DNA of 63,766 nt, filler included, from Lama guanicoe (lineage: Eukaryota), in NCBI GenBank assembly GCA_013239625.1. It is 76 parts of 75 records of this genome, joined end to end, with 100 filler letters (N's around TTAATTAATTAA, not from the genome) between each part and the next. Parts side by side here need not be neighbours in the genome. Positions count along the whole stretch, not along the records: positions 11,197 to 12,089 come from MU054940.1; positions 12,190 to 13,182 come from PNXV01010959.1; positions 13,283 to 13,990 come from PNXV01010960.1; positions 14,091 to 14,976 come from PNXV01010961.1; positions 15,077 to 15,723 come from PNXV01010962.1; positions 15,824 to 16,553 come from PNXV01010965.1; positions 16,654 to 17,461 come from PNXV01010968.1; positions 17,562 to 18,151 come from PNXV01010969.1; 68 more parts are not named here. The stretch is one strand, 5' to 3'. Made by a program: the position numbers and the translations under genes. Numbering within the stretch: the first letter of the stretch is position 1; every line of letters begins with the position of its first letter. The notes under the pieces are model-generated. The model was not told the origin of the DNA. It was given only the letters and a program-made list of their open reading frames with translations, and did not search any database. Below, piece after piece: positions 11,197-23,648 of this stretch.

Positions 11197-12089
11197 CTCT
11201 ATATAGTTTATACTGTGTTCTACATTCTATATTCTAAATTCTATAATCAGCTTTCTGTATTCTAGATTGTAAATTATGTGTTCTACATTCTATATTCTAA
11301 ATTCTATATTCAGTATTATGTAATCTATATTCCAAATTCTGTGTTCTGCATAGCATGTTCTTTATACTGGATTCTATATTCTGTATTCTACATTCTATAT
11401 TCTGTGTTCTACATTCTATATTCTAAACTCTATATTNNNNNNNNNNNNNNNNNNNNNNNNNNNNNNNNNNNNNNNNTATTCTAAATTGTATATTCAGTAT
11501 TGTGTATTCTATATTCTAAATTCTGAGTTCTGGTTTCCATGTTCCAAAATCAGGCTTCAATGTTCTCTAAGCTATACTTTTTATTTTGATTTCTACATTC
11601 TATATTCTAAATTATATATTCAGTATTATGTATTTTATATTCTATATTCTGTGTTCTACATTCAATTTTTTAATTGTTTATTGTGTATTTTCTATTCTAT
11701 ATTCTAAATTCTGTGTTCCGCATTCCATGATTTAAATTCTGTGTTCTATATTCTCTTTTCTATATTCTATATTATGTGTTCTACGTTCTATGTTGTAAAT
11801 TCTATATTCAGCATTCTGTATTCTATATTCTAAATTTTGTGTTCTACATTGTATATTCTATATTCTATATTCAGTATTATGTATTCTATAGTCTAAATTC
11901 TGTTTTCTGCATTCCATGTTCTAAATTCTGTGTTCTAAATTCTCTCTTCTACATTCTAAATTCTGTGTTTTGTATTCTATATTCTAAATGCTATATTTAG
12001 TATTCTGTGTTCTATATTGTAAATTCTGTGTTCTACATTATATATTCTAAATTCTAGATTAAGTATTCTGTATGTTATAGTCTAAAATC
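11197..12089 (-). repeat. AT-rich 7-bp-periodic satellite (reverse orientation)
   Basis: (TTCTATA)n variants; GCATTCCATG at 11720 and 11909 (189 bp = 27x7). Confidence 0.93.
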
Positions 12090-12189
12090 NNNNNNNNNNN
12101 NNNNNNNNNNNNNNNNNNNNNNNNNNNNNNNNNTTAATTAATTAANNNNNNNNNNNNNNNNNNNNNNNNNNNNNNNNNNNNNNNNNNNN

Positions 12190-13182
12190 ACCTACAGAAT
12201 GGGAGAAAATATTTCCAAATGATGTGGCTGACAAGTGGCTAATACACAAACTATATAAAAAGCTCATACAATTCAATACCAAACAACCCATCAAGAAATG
12301 GGCAGAAGTTCTGAATAGATTTTTTTCAAAGAAAACATACAGAGGGCTAACAGACACATGAAAAGTTGCTTGACATCACTAATTAGTAGAGAAATGCCAA
12401 TCAAAGCAGCAATGAAATATCACCTCACACCTGTCAGAATGGCTTGCATCAAAAAAACTACAAATAACAAACGTTGGAGAGGATGTGGAGAAAAGGAAAC
12501 CATTATACACTGTTGGTGGAAACATAAATTGGTGCAACCACCATGAAAACCAGTGTGGAGATGCCTCAAAAAGCTGAAAATAGAACTACATATGATCCAG
12601 CAATTCCACTCCTAGGTATATATTCAGAAATAAACAAAAACACAAACACTAATTCAAAAAGACACACATACCTCAGTGTTTATACAACATCACTATTCAC
12701 AATAGCCAAGAAATAGAAACAGCCTAAATGTCCTCAACAGATGACAGGATATAGAAGCTGTGAGACATATTTATTTATACTATATCTGCTTTATCTATCT
12801 ATCGTCTAGATAAAATGGAATATTACTCAGTCATAAAAAAGAATGAATTTCTACCATTTGCAATAACATGGATGGACCTAGAGAAAATTATGTGTAGTGA
12901 AATGTCAGACAGAGAAAGAGTCATACTATATCACTTATATATGAAATCTAAAAAATAATACAAATGAATATATACACAAAACAGAAACCAATTCACATAT
13001 ACAGAAAACATTCTAGTGGTTACCAAAAGGGAGAGAAAAGGGGGAGGGACATGTTAAGTGTATGGGATTAAGAGAGAGAAACTACCATGTATAAAACAGA
13101 TAAGCAACAAGGAGATAGCACAGGAAATTATAAATATTTTCTTGTAGTAACTTTGAATGGAGCATGATCTATAAAAATACTG
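12190..13182 (+). mobile_element. L1 ORF2 3' end plus 3'UTR
   Basis: Degenerate ORF2 C-terminus ([36 protein letters not shown]) followed by 3'UTR motifs. Confidence 0.92.
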
Positions 13183-13282
13183 NNNNNNNNNNNNNNNNNN
13201 NNNNNNNNNNNNNNNNNNNNNNNNNNTTAATTAATTAANNNNNNNNNNNNNNNNNNNNNNNNNNNNNNNNNNNNNNNNNNNN

Positions 13283-13990
13283 ACACAATTACACACTCAC
13301 CAGAATGGCCAAGTGAAAAATAAAAATTTGTTTGTGAGTATGTAGAAAAACTGAAACGAATATGTTAGTGGTGGGAATGCAAGATTATAGCTCACTGCTT
13401 GGCAATTGCTCATAAAATTCAACATGTTTTGTGTGATCCAACAATTCCACTCCAAGGTATTTTTCTAGAGAAACAAAAATGTACATCTGTATAAAACAAT
13501 GCGCCAAGTTGTCCTTAAGAATTTTATTTACAATGGCCAAAACCTGGAAACAGACTGATGTCCATCAACTGTTTTTTTTTCCATTGAAATATAGATGGCT
13601 TATAATATTTTGTTAATTTTAGGTGTACTAGATAGTGATTTGATATTTGCATACATTATGAAATGATTACCATGGTAAGTTTAGTAACCATCTGTCCCCA
13701 TCAGAATTGTTCCAATATTACTGAGCATTTTCTTTATGCAATATATTACATTCCCATGGGTTGTCTGTTTTCAGCTGAAGGAATGTTTTTCTTAATCCCC
13801 TTCCCTTGTTCCACTCCCACCCCCACCTCCTTTTCTTCTGGAAATCATCGTTTCATTTTCTGAATTTAGGACTCTTTTCATTTTGTTTTGGGTGTTTATT
13901 TTTTTTTGCCTTTCAGATCCCACATATAAGGGATAACATATAGTATTTGTTTTTCTCTGTCTGACATTTTCACTAAGAATAATACCCTCC
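13283..13990. mobile_element. Old L1 (+) fragment followed from ~13572 by an antisense L1 3' end
   Basis: ACCAGAATGGCC...GATCCAACAATTCCACTCC on +, then TACATTATGAAATGATTACCATGGTAAGTTTAGTAACCATCTGTC (antisense L1 3'UTR). Confidence 0.75.
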
Positions 13991-14169
13991 NNNNNNNNNN
14001 NNNNNNNNNNNNNNNNNNNNNNNNNNNNNNNNNNTTAATTAATTAANNNNNNNNNNNNNNNNNNNNNNNNNNNNNNNNNNNNNNNNNNNNATGTCTGAAA
14101 AATGGTACAAAGGATTGTTGAGAATCTCAATTTATTTGCGTGGCCACCATATGTGCACAATACTTTTAC

Positions 14170-14196
14170 CTTTTGCATGGCAGAGTCCAAGATTTC
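14170..14196 (-). CDS. Candidate 27-nt microexon (EILDSAMQK in frame 0), host gene unknown
   Basis: Minus strand reads gtttcctttttttttaaag|GAAATCTTGGACTCTGCCATGCAAAAG|gtaaaa: pyrimidine tract, AG, frame-preserving length, AAG|GTAAAA donor. Confidence 0.35.
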
Positions 14197-15976
14197 CTTT
14201 AAAAAAAAAGGAAACACATATATACATACATACACACAAATAAAATACCCAGAGAAATATAAAATGTTTATATTACAAGGACACAAGAAGAGAAATCCAA
14301 GTTCCCCCTAAAGGGTATTTTGTTTTTATAAGTTCAGAATTCCAAAAAATGTTTTTATCAGGCATGATTAGTTACTTTCAGAGTGAGATTTTTTTTATAG
14401 TTCCCAATTAAAGTTGTAAGTTTTCTACGAATACAAACCTGGCTGGGATATTAGTTGGAGGGTGCCAAACTATCATTACTTTTTCTAATCTTTTCTTTTC
14501 TTTTTTTTTGAAACTTTACTTTTATGCCCCATTCTAACCCCGGGTTGTCAGAATAAAATTGCTAGTAATATTTCCCAAAGGGACAACCCTGTGGCATGAA
14601 GTCTTTGCCTCTACCACTCCTGCAAATTTCTCTGTCACCCGAGAAAGCTGTTATCAGCCAGGAGGAGGGTCCCATTTTTGGAGTTGAAAGGTTCTTCATA
14701 AGAGTTTTACTTTAATCCCGAAAAATTCAATGGAGGTAACCAAATTTAGGAAAACATTAGACCAGCCTCTTACCTAACCACTCAGTCCTGACCCCAGTGT
14801 CTTTCAACTTGGACCCACTCGGGACGTCTCCACTGGGTGAGTATTTTCCAGGTATCTTTCCACCAGCCCCACCTTGAGCGTCTCCTCAAGGTGGGTATTT
14901 CCTGTTACCTTTCAACAAGGTCCCACACAGCATGTCTCCACTGGGTGGGCAATTCCCCCCAGTCTCCTTCAACTAGNNNNNNNNNNNNNNNNNNNNNNNN
15001 NNNNNNNNNNNNNNNNNNNNTTAATTAATTAANNNNNNNNNNNNNNNNNNNNNNNNNNNNNNNNNNNNNNNNNNNNGCAGCGGCAGCACAAAGCCCAGCT
15101 ACGCAGCGTCCGCCTCCAAGAAGGGTGGCGCTGGGCCTGCCCGGCCCCTTGTGCTGGGGGCATTTGTCCAGCAGGGTCGCTGCGATTTTTACTGCGTCTC
15201 ACGATGTCCATGGATGTGCTTGGTAAGCATCCCAAGAGGAAAAGAGACTCAATATCCTTGTTCCCAAATGGCACTGCCTTATGGAATCACTTTCTGGGCT
15301 ACCTCCTTTGGGATCCTTTAAGCATTTAAAGTTTCTAGATTTTAGTGTTTTAACAAGGGTTTAATTACTAAGGTAAGTGTATGCACCTGCTAAGGCATTC
15401 CTAATTATTTGATAGTGGTGCAGTCTTTCTCAATACAGCCAATTTTGTGGTGTAAGCTACACTAACGAAGCACACTGAGAGCACACATTCCACCAATGTT
15501 GGGGAAGCTTATTTAAATTAAATAAATTTGCAAAGGGCTGAATTTTTACCACTGGCCTCAACAATTATGCATCAGTATCTCATGCTGGAAGCCAGTGGGC
15601 ACGGTGTCGGAATGAGACACACTTCCCATTACTTGTTCTCAAAGTGCCTTTCAGAAAAATTGTCACTCTTAAAATTTTATCCTTTCCAGATTGTTTTACA
15701 TACTCTCCTTGTTCCACCTTTGTNNNNNNNNNNNNNNNNNNNNNNNNNNNNNNNNNNNNNNNNNNNNTTAATTAATTAANNNNNNNNNNNNNNNNNNNNN
15801 NNNNNNNNNNNNNNNNNNNNNNNAAGCCACGTATTCAAGGCCTGATTTCACCAGCTCAACTTTCTAGGTCAAGCTTTTACAGATCACAATTACACAGGCA
15901 GGGAGGGTATCCAGGGGGAGACAGACCTAATGATGACAACCCAAACTGAACTTCCCATAGAAACTTCAATTCTACA

Positions 15977-16170
15977 GACTTGGAATTCAAATCCTGGCTC
16001 TGCCAGACCTCCTTGCTACTTATTTGGGGGCAGTTTCTTGATGTCTCCAAGCATCTATAAAATGGAGATAACAGTAGCTATCTGATGGAGGTGTAAGGAT
16101 AAGAGATGATGATAATATACGTGAAGTGCCTGGTCAGTGTTTGGAGCACATAATCGGTGTTCAATAAACA
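15977..16170 (+). mobile_element. MIR element (further MIR/L2 remnants to ~16420)
   Basis: TTCAAATCCTGGCTCTGCCA...CATCTATAAAATGGAGATAACAGTA...GTTCAATAAA MIR core. Confidence 0.8.
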
Positions 16171-16787
16171 AAACCTACTGCCATTTTTATTAAAGGGGGT
16201 AAGGCCAGACTTTTTCTATGGAAGATTCTTGAAAACTCTATTATCATGTAGTATTAATAGTCCCATTTTACAAATGGAAAAAAAATTAAGCTCAGAGAAG
16301 TTAAATCACTCATTCACATACTGAGCGTGATCAGCATGTACTGTGTGCCAGCCCAGGGCTGGTCTCTGCAGATGCAGGGATGGAGAGGACAGATTCTGAC
16401 CTCAAGTGCCCACTGTCTACCAGAGGATAAAATGCCCCCTCAGAGGGAAGCACAGGCTGCGGCAGCACCCGGGCAAGCTCATGCAGAACTGGGGCAAGCG
16501 GGCGTCAGGGAGCCATGAAGTCACTACTCACCAACAGCAGTGCTCCCGGTTAGNNNNNNNNNNNNNNNNNNNNNNNNNNNNNNNNNNNNNNNNNNNNTTA
16601 ATTAATTAANNNNNNNNNNNNNNNNNNNNNNNNNNNNNNNNNNNNNNNNNNNNCGGCCTGTGTGGCATGTGCTCTGTGCTCCACCAGCCCTCTGTGGGGT
16701 CCCTCCTTTTCTGAGTCTGTGCACGAGCTCCCTTTGATGCCAGCCCATGGGGGTGGCAGATGCAGTAGGTGTTTCTAGGTCTAGAGA

Positions 16788-17461
16788 CAGGATGGCTTCT
16801 CTAGGAAGCAGGGGCCAGAATGATCCCCACTGTGCCGATGGGGGATTGGGGAGACCCTGAGAGGCACGTGGCTTGTCTAGGATGATAACACTGCTGAAGA
16901 GCCAGGTCTGAACCCAGCTGTGTCTTCAGAGCTGTGGCACTGGTTGCATCCAGGCCTCCCCAGGGTTATGGGGGGGGCTGAGTTGGTGTCACTGTGTGTG
17001 AACATGGCATGGAGTGAGAAATGAGAGATTGGCATCCCAGAAAGGCCCTTGAGGAGCTTTGTGTCAGGAGAAAGCTTGGATAAGTGGACCCCAGGAACTG
17101 ACCTCACTTCCCTGGCAATAGAGCCCAACAGAACTTAGAACCGAAGTCACCAGGCACCCACTCAGTAGAGAAGTCCCTACTCAGCTCACCTGGTTGGAGA
17201 CAGAGGCATGTTCTGCTGCATCCCAATACCCCGAGGCCGCAGCCCCCGGAAAGCCCGCAGCTCTACCAACGCTGCCAGCACTGGGTCAGGTCTCACCCAA
17301 GGCGCCTCTGGCCTTTTGGCCAGAGAGACCCAAAGGTAACACAGGGAGGCCCAGGGCAGGCCCGCTAAGGCTGGGCCACCACTCAGATCCCACCAAGGAA
17401 GACCCACGGCCACGTCCTGGCTGGTGGAGGTGGAGCAGTCATGTTGGGGATGGGTTTCTGA
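16788..17461 (+). repeat. Unidentified multi-copy GC-rich segment, paralogous to 51085-51909 in reverse orientation
   Basis: 16788-17045 matches the reverse complement of 51653-51909, and 17260-17461 matches that of 51225-51425, with scattered substitutions. Confidence 0.85.
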
Positions 17462-17561
17462 NNNNNNNNNNNNNNNNNNNNNNNNNNNNNNNNNNNNNNN
17501 NNNNNTTAATTAATTAANNNNNNNNNNNNNNNNNNNNNNNNNNNNNNNNNNNNNNNNNNNN

Positions 17562-18151
17562 AGAAAGTGGCTGGAGGAATAACTCTCCCAGACTTCAGAC
17601 AATACTATAGGGCTGCAGTCATCAAGACAGCATGGTATTCGTACAAAAACATACATATAGACCAATGGAACAGAATAGAGAGCCCAGAAACGAACCCACA
17701 AACTTTTGGTCAACTAATCTTCAACAAAGGAGGCAAGAACATACAATGGAATAAAGACAGTGTCTTCAAATGGTGTTGGTAAAACTGGACAGCAGCATGT
17801 GAAGCAATGAAGCTAGTACACTCCCTTACACCATACACAAAAATAAACTCAAAATGGAAGTCTTCAAATGGTGTTGGTAAAACTGGACAGCAGCATGTGA
17901 AGCAATGAAGCTAGTACACTCCCTTACACCATACACAAAAATAAACTCAAAATGGATCAAAGACTTAAACATAAGACAAGATACAATAAACCTCCTAGAA
18001 GAAAATATAGGCAAAACATCTGACATACATCTCAAAAATGTTCTCTTAGAAGAGTCTACTCAAGCAATAGAAAAAAAATCAAGAATAAACAAATGGGACC
18101 TGATGAAATTTACAAGCTTCTGCACAGCAAAGGAAATCATAAGTAAAACAA
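17562..18151 (+). mobile_element. L1 ORF2 fragment with an internal exact 97-bp duplication
   Basis: [49 protein letters not shown]; 17762-17858 is repeated at 17860-17956. Confidence 0.93.
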
Positions 18152-18251
18152 NNNNNNNNNNNNNNNNNNNNNNNNNNNNNNNNNNNNNNNNNNNNTTAAT
18201 TAATTAANNNNNNNNNNNNNNNNNNNNNNNNNNNNNNNNNNNNNNNNNNNN

Positions 18252-19021
18252 CTCGTCTCCCCTGAGGGTTTTCATAATGTCTCTGTGCCAGGGAATTCTA
18301 CGGAGGTTTGCAGGAAGTCCCATGGACAGAGGATGCCTCCGCAAGGTCAGGGAAGGTATTTCTCAGACTTCCCCGAACAGGGAACACCTGTGACTGAAGA
18401 GAGCTTCGTGGAGTTGTCTCTCGAGCTCCCCCANNNNNNNNNNNNNNNNNNNNNNNNNNNNNNNNNNNNNNNNNNNNNNNNNNNNNNNNNNNNNNNNNNN
18501 NNNNNNNNNNNNNNNNNNNNNNNNNNNNNNNNNNNNNNNNNNNNNNNNNNNNNNNNNNNNNNNNNNNNNNNNNNNNNNNNCTTGGGAGAATTTACTGGGA
18601 TGCAGTGTTTCAAAATAGCCAGTGGAAACCGTGTCCTGGGCTGCTCACCCAGGCTTTAGAAATGTCTATTTCAAATTTAGATGTAGTTGACTAGCACTGA
18701 CAATGGTTCCGGAATCCTGGGCGTGGGGAGGTTCCACCAAAGGTCGGCAGCGCATGGGATCTAACGGAATGCCTAAGCTCGTCACCCCTGAGGGTTTTCC
18801 TAATGTCTCTGTGCCAGGGAAAGCTAGGGTGGTTTGCAGGAAATCCCAGTGACAGAGGCTGTCTCCCCAAGGTCAGGGACGGTATTTTTCGGAATTCCCC
18901 GGACAGGGAACACCTGTGATTGAAGAGAGCTGCGTGGAGATTTCCCTCGAGCTCAACCATGCACTGACAATTGTTTCGGAATCCTGAGCGTTGGGAGGTT
19001 CCACCAACGGTCGGCAGCGCG
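18252..19021 (-). repeat. ~267-bp satellite interrupted by non-satellite sequence (18581-18693)
   Basis: Monomer motifs on both sides of an unrelated segment. Confidence 0.9.
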
Positions 19022-19389
19022 NNNNNNNNNNNNNNNNNNNNNNNNNNNNNNNNNNNNNNNNNNNNTTAATTAATTAANNNNNNNNNNNNNNNNNNNNNNN
19101 NNNNNNNNNNNNNNNNNNNNNAGAACATGGTCAATAGTTAATAAATGTTAGCTGTTTTCTTACGTTACTCGTATCATCCTTGATCCCCGCAAGCTGCCCA
19201 GGGCTTAAGCAGGCCATATGTGATGTATTCCTTTTCTAGAAAAGTAAACCAAGGCTGCAAGTTTCATGGCCCGGGAGCCCACAGGAACGAGTGGCTGAGC
19301 CTGGATCCCTGCAAGATACTGCATGACAACAGTGTCCACACCACTACTTGATCGTGCCCAAACACTGTTCCACAGGTCTGCCTGCACAG

Positions 19390-19485
19390 GAAAATGCAGA
19401 TTCCTGGGCTACTCCTCAGATCTACTGAGGAGCCAGAGCCTGGAAATCTGTCTTTGTAAAGTGCCTCTCAAGGAATCCCAATGCC
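19390..19485. mobile_element. MER5-like (hAT-Charlie) DNA transposon remnant
   Basis: AAATGCAGATTCCTGGGC..CTCAGATCTACTGA...GGAAATCTG, resembling the MER5A core. Confidence 0.65.
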
Positions 19486-20041
19486 TAGCTGCTGTTGGGG
19501 CCGCCATCTTCATCCCNNNNNNNNNNNNNNNNNNNNNNNNNNNNNNNNNNNNNNNNNNNNNNNNNNNNNNNNNNNNNNNNNNNNNNNNNNNNNNNNNNNN
19601 NNNNNNNNNNNNNNNNNNNNNNNNNNNNNNNNNNNNNNNNNNNNNNNNNNNNNNNNNNNNNNNNNNNNNNNNNNNNNNNNNNNNNNNNNNNNNNNNNNNN
19701 NNNNNNNNNNNNNNNNNNNNNNNNNNNNNNNNNNNNNNNNNNNNNNNNNNNNNNNNNNNNNNNNNNNNNNNNNNNNNNNNNNNNNNNNNNNNNNNNNNNN
19801 NNNNNNNNNNTGGAACATTCTTTGCCAAGATATTATATTTGCCCTGGACACGGCTAATTGAAAGGAGGTTGCCAAAACAAATGTGGCCCTTGGCAAGGGG
19901 CCCCTGGGGACACAGGTGATCCAAAAATGGCACTGTACCCANNNNNNNNNNNNNNNNNNNNNNNNNNNNNNNNNNNNNNNNNNNNTTAATTAATTAANNN
20001 NNNNNNNNNNNNNNNNNNNNNNNNNNNNNNNNNNNNNNNNN

Positions 20042-21889
20042 AGCTGCGTGGAGTTGTCTCTCGAGCTCCCCCACGCACTGACAATTTGTCTGGAATCCTG
20101 AGCGTGGGGAGGTACCATCAACTGTCGGCAGCGCGTGGGTTCTAACGGAATGCCTAAGCTCGTCTCCCCTGAGGGTTTTCCTAATGTCTCTGTGCCAGGG
20201 AATGCTAGGGGAGTTTGCAGGACGTCCCAGGGACAGAGGCTGCCTCNNNNNNNNNNNNNNNNNNNNNNNNNNNNNNNNNNNNNNNNNNNNNNNNNNNNNN
20301 NNNNNNNNNNNNNNNNNNNNNNNNNNNNNNACTGACAATGGGGATCCTGAGCGTGGGGAGGTTCCACCAACTGTCCGCAACGCATGGGTTCTAACGGAAT
20401 GCCAAGCTCGTCTCCCCTGAGGGTTTTCCTAATATCTCTGTGCCAGGGAATTGAAGGGGGGTTTGCAGGATATCCCAAAGGTATACGCTGCCTCCCCAAG
20501 GTCAGGGAAGGTATATCCCAGACTTCCACGAACAGGGAACACCTGTGACTGAAGAGAGCTGCGTGGAGTTATCTCTCGAGCTCCCCCACGCACTGACAAT
20601 GGTTCCGGAATCCTGAGCGTAGGGAGGTTCCACCAACTATCGGCAGCGCGTGGGTTCTAACGGAATGCCTACGCTCGTCTCCCCTGAAGGTTTTCCTAAT
20701 TTCTCTTTGCCAGGGAATGCTAGGGGTGATTGCAGTATATCCCAGTGACCGAGGCGGCCTCCCCAAGATCAGGGAAGGTATATCCCAGACTTCCACGAAA
20801 AGGGANNNNNNNNNNNNNNNNNNNNNNNNNNNNNNNNNNNNNNNNNNNNTTAATTAATTAANNNNNNNNNNNNNNNNNNNNNNNNNNNNNNNNNNNNNNN
20901 NNNNNGGGGTGTTGCAGGAAATCCCAGTGACAGGGGCTGCCTCCCCAAGGTCAGTGAAGTTATTTCTGGGACTTCCCCGAGCAGGGAACACCTGTCACTG
21001 AAGAGAACTGCGTGGAGTTCTCTCTCGAGCTCCCCCAATCAATGACAATGGTTCCGGAATCCTGAGCGTGGGGAGGTTCCACCAACGGTCGGCAGCGCGT
21101 GGGTCCTAACGGAATGCCTGTTCTCGTCTCCCCTGAGGGTTTTCCTCATGTCTTTGTGCCAGGGAATGCTNNNNNNNNNNNNNNNNNNNNNNNNNNNNNN
21201 NNNNNNNNNNNNNNNNNNNNNNNNNNNNNNNNNNNNNNNNNNNNNNNNNNNNNNNNNNNNNNNNNNNNNNNNNNNNNNNNNNNNNNNNNNNNNNNNNNNN
21301 NNNNNNNNNNNNNNNNNNNNNNNNNNNNNNNNNNNNNNNNNNNNNNNNNNNNNNNNNNNNNNNNNNNNNNNNNNNNNNNNNNNNNNNNNNNNNNNNNNNN
21401 NNNNNNNNNNNNNNNNNNNNNNNNNNNNNNNNNNNNNNNNNNNNNNNNNNNNNNNNNNNNNNNNNNNNNNNNNNNNNNNNNNNNNNNNNNNNNNNNNNNN
21501 NNNNNNNNNNNNNNNNNNNNNNNNNNNNNNNNNNNNNNNNNNNNNNNNNNNNNNNNNNNAATGAGAATGGTTCCGGAATCCTGAGCGTGGGGAGGTTCCA
21601 CCAACGGTCGGCAGCGTGTGGGTTCTAACGGAATGCCTGTGCTCGTCTCCCCTGAGGGTTTTCCTCATGTCTCTGTGCCAGGGAATTCTAGGGGGGGTTG
21701 CAGGAAATCCCAGGGTCAGAGGCTGCCTCCCCAAAGTCACTAAAGTTATTTCTCGGACTTCCCCGAGCAGGGAACACCTGTGACTGAAGAGAGCTGCGTG
21801 GAGTTGTCTCTCGAGATCCCCAACTCAATGACAATGGTTCCGGAATCCTGAGCGTGGGGAGGTTCCACCAACGGTCGGCAGCGCGTGGG
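20042..21889 (-). repeat. ~267-bp satellite (two separate scaffolds: 20042-20805 and 20906-21889)
   Basis: Same monomer motifs as 1-829. Confidence 0.93.
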
Positions 21890-23648
21890 NNNNNNNNNNN
21901 NNNNNNNNNNNNNNNNNNNNNNNNNNNNNNNNNTTAATTAATTAANNNNNNNNNNNNNNNNNNNNNNNNNNNNNNNNNNNNNNNNNNNNTGTGTGTGGTT
22001 TTAACAAGACACAATCATTAGAACATATACTTGCAGGTGCCAGCGCAAAATCCCCAAATCAATTGTCTAGCTCAACATGTAAAATCTTTCTAATCTACGT
22101 TGGATTTGTATGGATAAGTGAAGTTGTTTGCTAAGAACTCAAGACCAGGTTTATAATACAGGCTGATTTAGCTCAGCAGGTCCTCCCAAGCTGAAGTTCT
22201 GCCAGATGGCGGGGCCAAGGGGAGAGGGCGGGTCCTGCCCTCCCTGAGCTGANNNNNNNNNNNNAGTTTCATGGCAAAGACCTTCACCAGGTGAAGAAAT
22301 TGATGTTTCTTCTAAGAAAATTGGGTCTGAAGAGTCCAAAAAGCGCGGGAGTGACACAATCCCATTTGTCTAAAGTAGGGAAGAGTGGCTGTGGGGCCAC
22401 TTGGGAGACTCGTTATTCCAGGTGGGCAGTGTTGGTGTCTTCCATTGAGTTGTAGGACAGTCAGTGGGTAAAGGCGAACAGATTGAAGGCATGTTTTGAT
22501 GGTTAAAATGAAAGGATCAATGCTGTCTGTGAAGGTAGGATGGAGTAAGGCCCAGGTTTCTGGGTGGATTAATGAGTTAAATAATGGTCCTGCTGTGTTC
22601 TGAGGACNNNNNNNNNNNNNNNNNNNNNNNNNNNNNNNNNNNNNNNNNNNNNNNNNNNNNNNNNNNNNNNNNNNNNNNNNNNNNNNNNNNNNNNNNNNNN
22701 NNNNNNNNNNNNNNNNNNNNNNNNNNNNNNNNNNNNNNNNNNNNNNNNNNNNNNNNNNNNNNNNNNNNNNNNNNNNNNNNNNNNNNNNNNNNNNNNNNNN
22801 NNNNNNNNNNNNNNNNNNNNNNNNNNNNNNNNNNNNNNNNNNNNNNNNNNNNNNNNNNNNNNNNNNNNNNNNNNNNNNNNNNNNNNNNNNNNNNNNNNNN
22901 NNNNNNNNNNNNNNNNNNNNNNNNNNNNNNNNNNNNNNNNNNNNNNNNNNNNNNNNNNNNNNNNNNNNNNNNNNNNNNNNNNNNNNNNNNNNNNNNNNNN
23001 NNNNNNNNNNNNNNNNNNNNNNNNNNNNNNNNNNNNNNNNNNNNNNNNNNNNNNNNNNNNNNNNNNNNNNNNNNNNNNNNNNNNNNNNNNNNNNNNNNNN
23101 NNNNNNNNNNNNNNNNNNNNNNNNNNNNNNNNNNNNNNNNNNNNNNNNNNNNNNNNNNNNNNNNNNNNNNNNNNNNNNNNNNNNNNNNNNNNNNNNNNNN
23201 NNNNNNNNNNNNNNNNNNNNNNNNNNNNNNNNNNNNNNNNNNNNNNNNNNNNNNNNNNNNNNNNNNNNNNNNNNNNNNNNNNNNNNNNNNNNNNNNNNNN
23301 NNNNNNNNNNNNNNNNNNNNNNNNNNNNNNNNNNNNNNNNNNNNNNNNNNNNNNNNNNNNNNNNNNNNNNNNNNNNNNNNNNNNNNNNNNNNNNNNNNNN
23401 NNNNNNNATGGGGCACAGAAGCGAAAACCACCCGCTTCACAGTAGAAGGTGCTGTTTTGTGCAAATCTGACCGAAGGCAGGAACCCAGTGATCAGTTTGG
23501 CTGGCAAATGAAGAGACTTCTGGATTGGGTGGGGCACTTGCTGTGACTNNNNNNNNNNNNNNNNNNNNNNNNNNNNNNNNNNNNNNNNNNNNTTAATTAA
23601 TTAANNNNNNNNNNNNNNNNNNNNNNNNNNNNNNNNNNNNNNNNNNNN

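Noticed and set aside
11278..12000. Hydrophobic FYILYS-repeat ORFs that resemble membrane proteins
   Set aside because: These are translations of the 7-bp AT-rich satellite.
15077..15230. Possible first exon ending MSMDVL|gtaagc
   Set aside because: It has a good donor but is too short to assign, with no other support.
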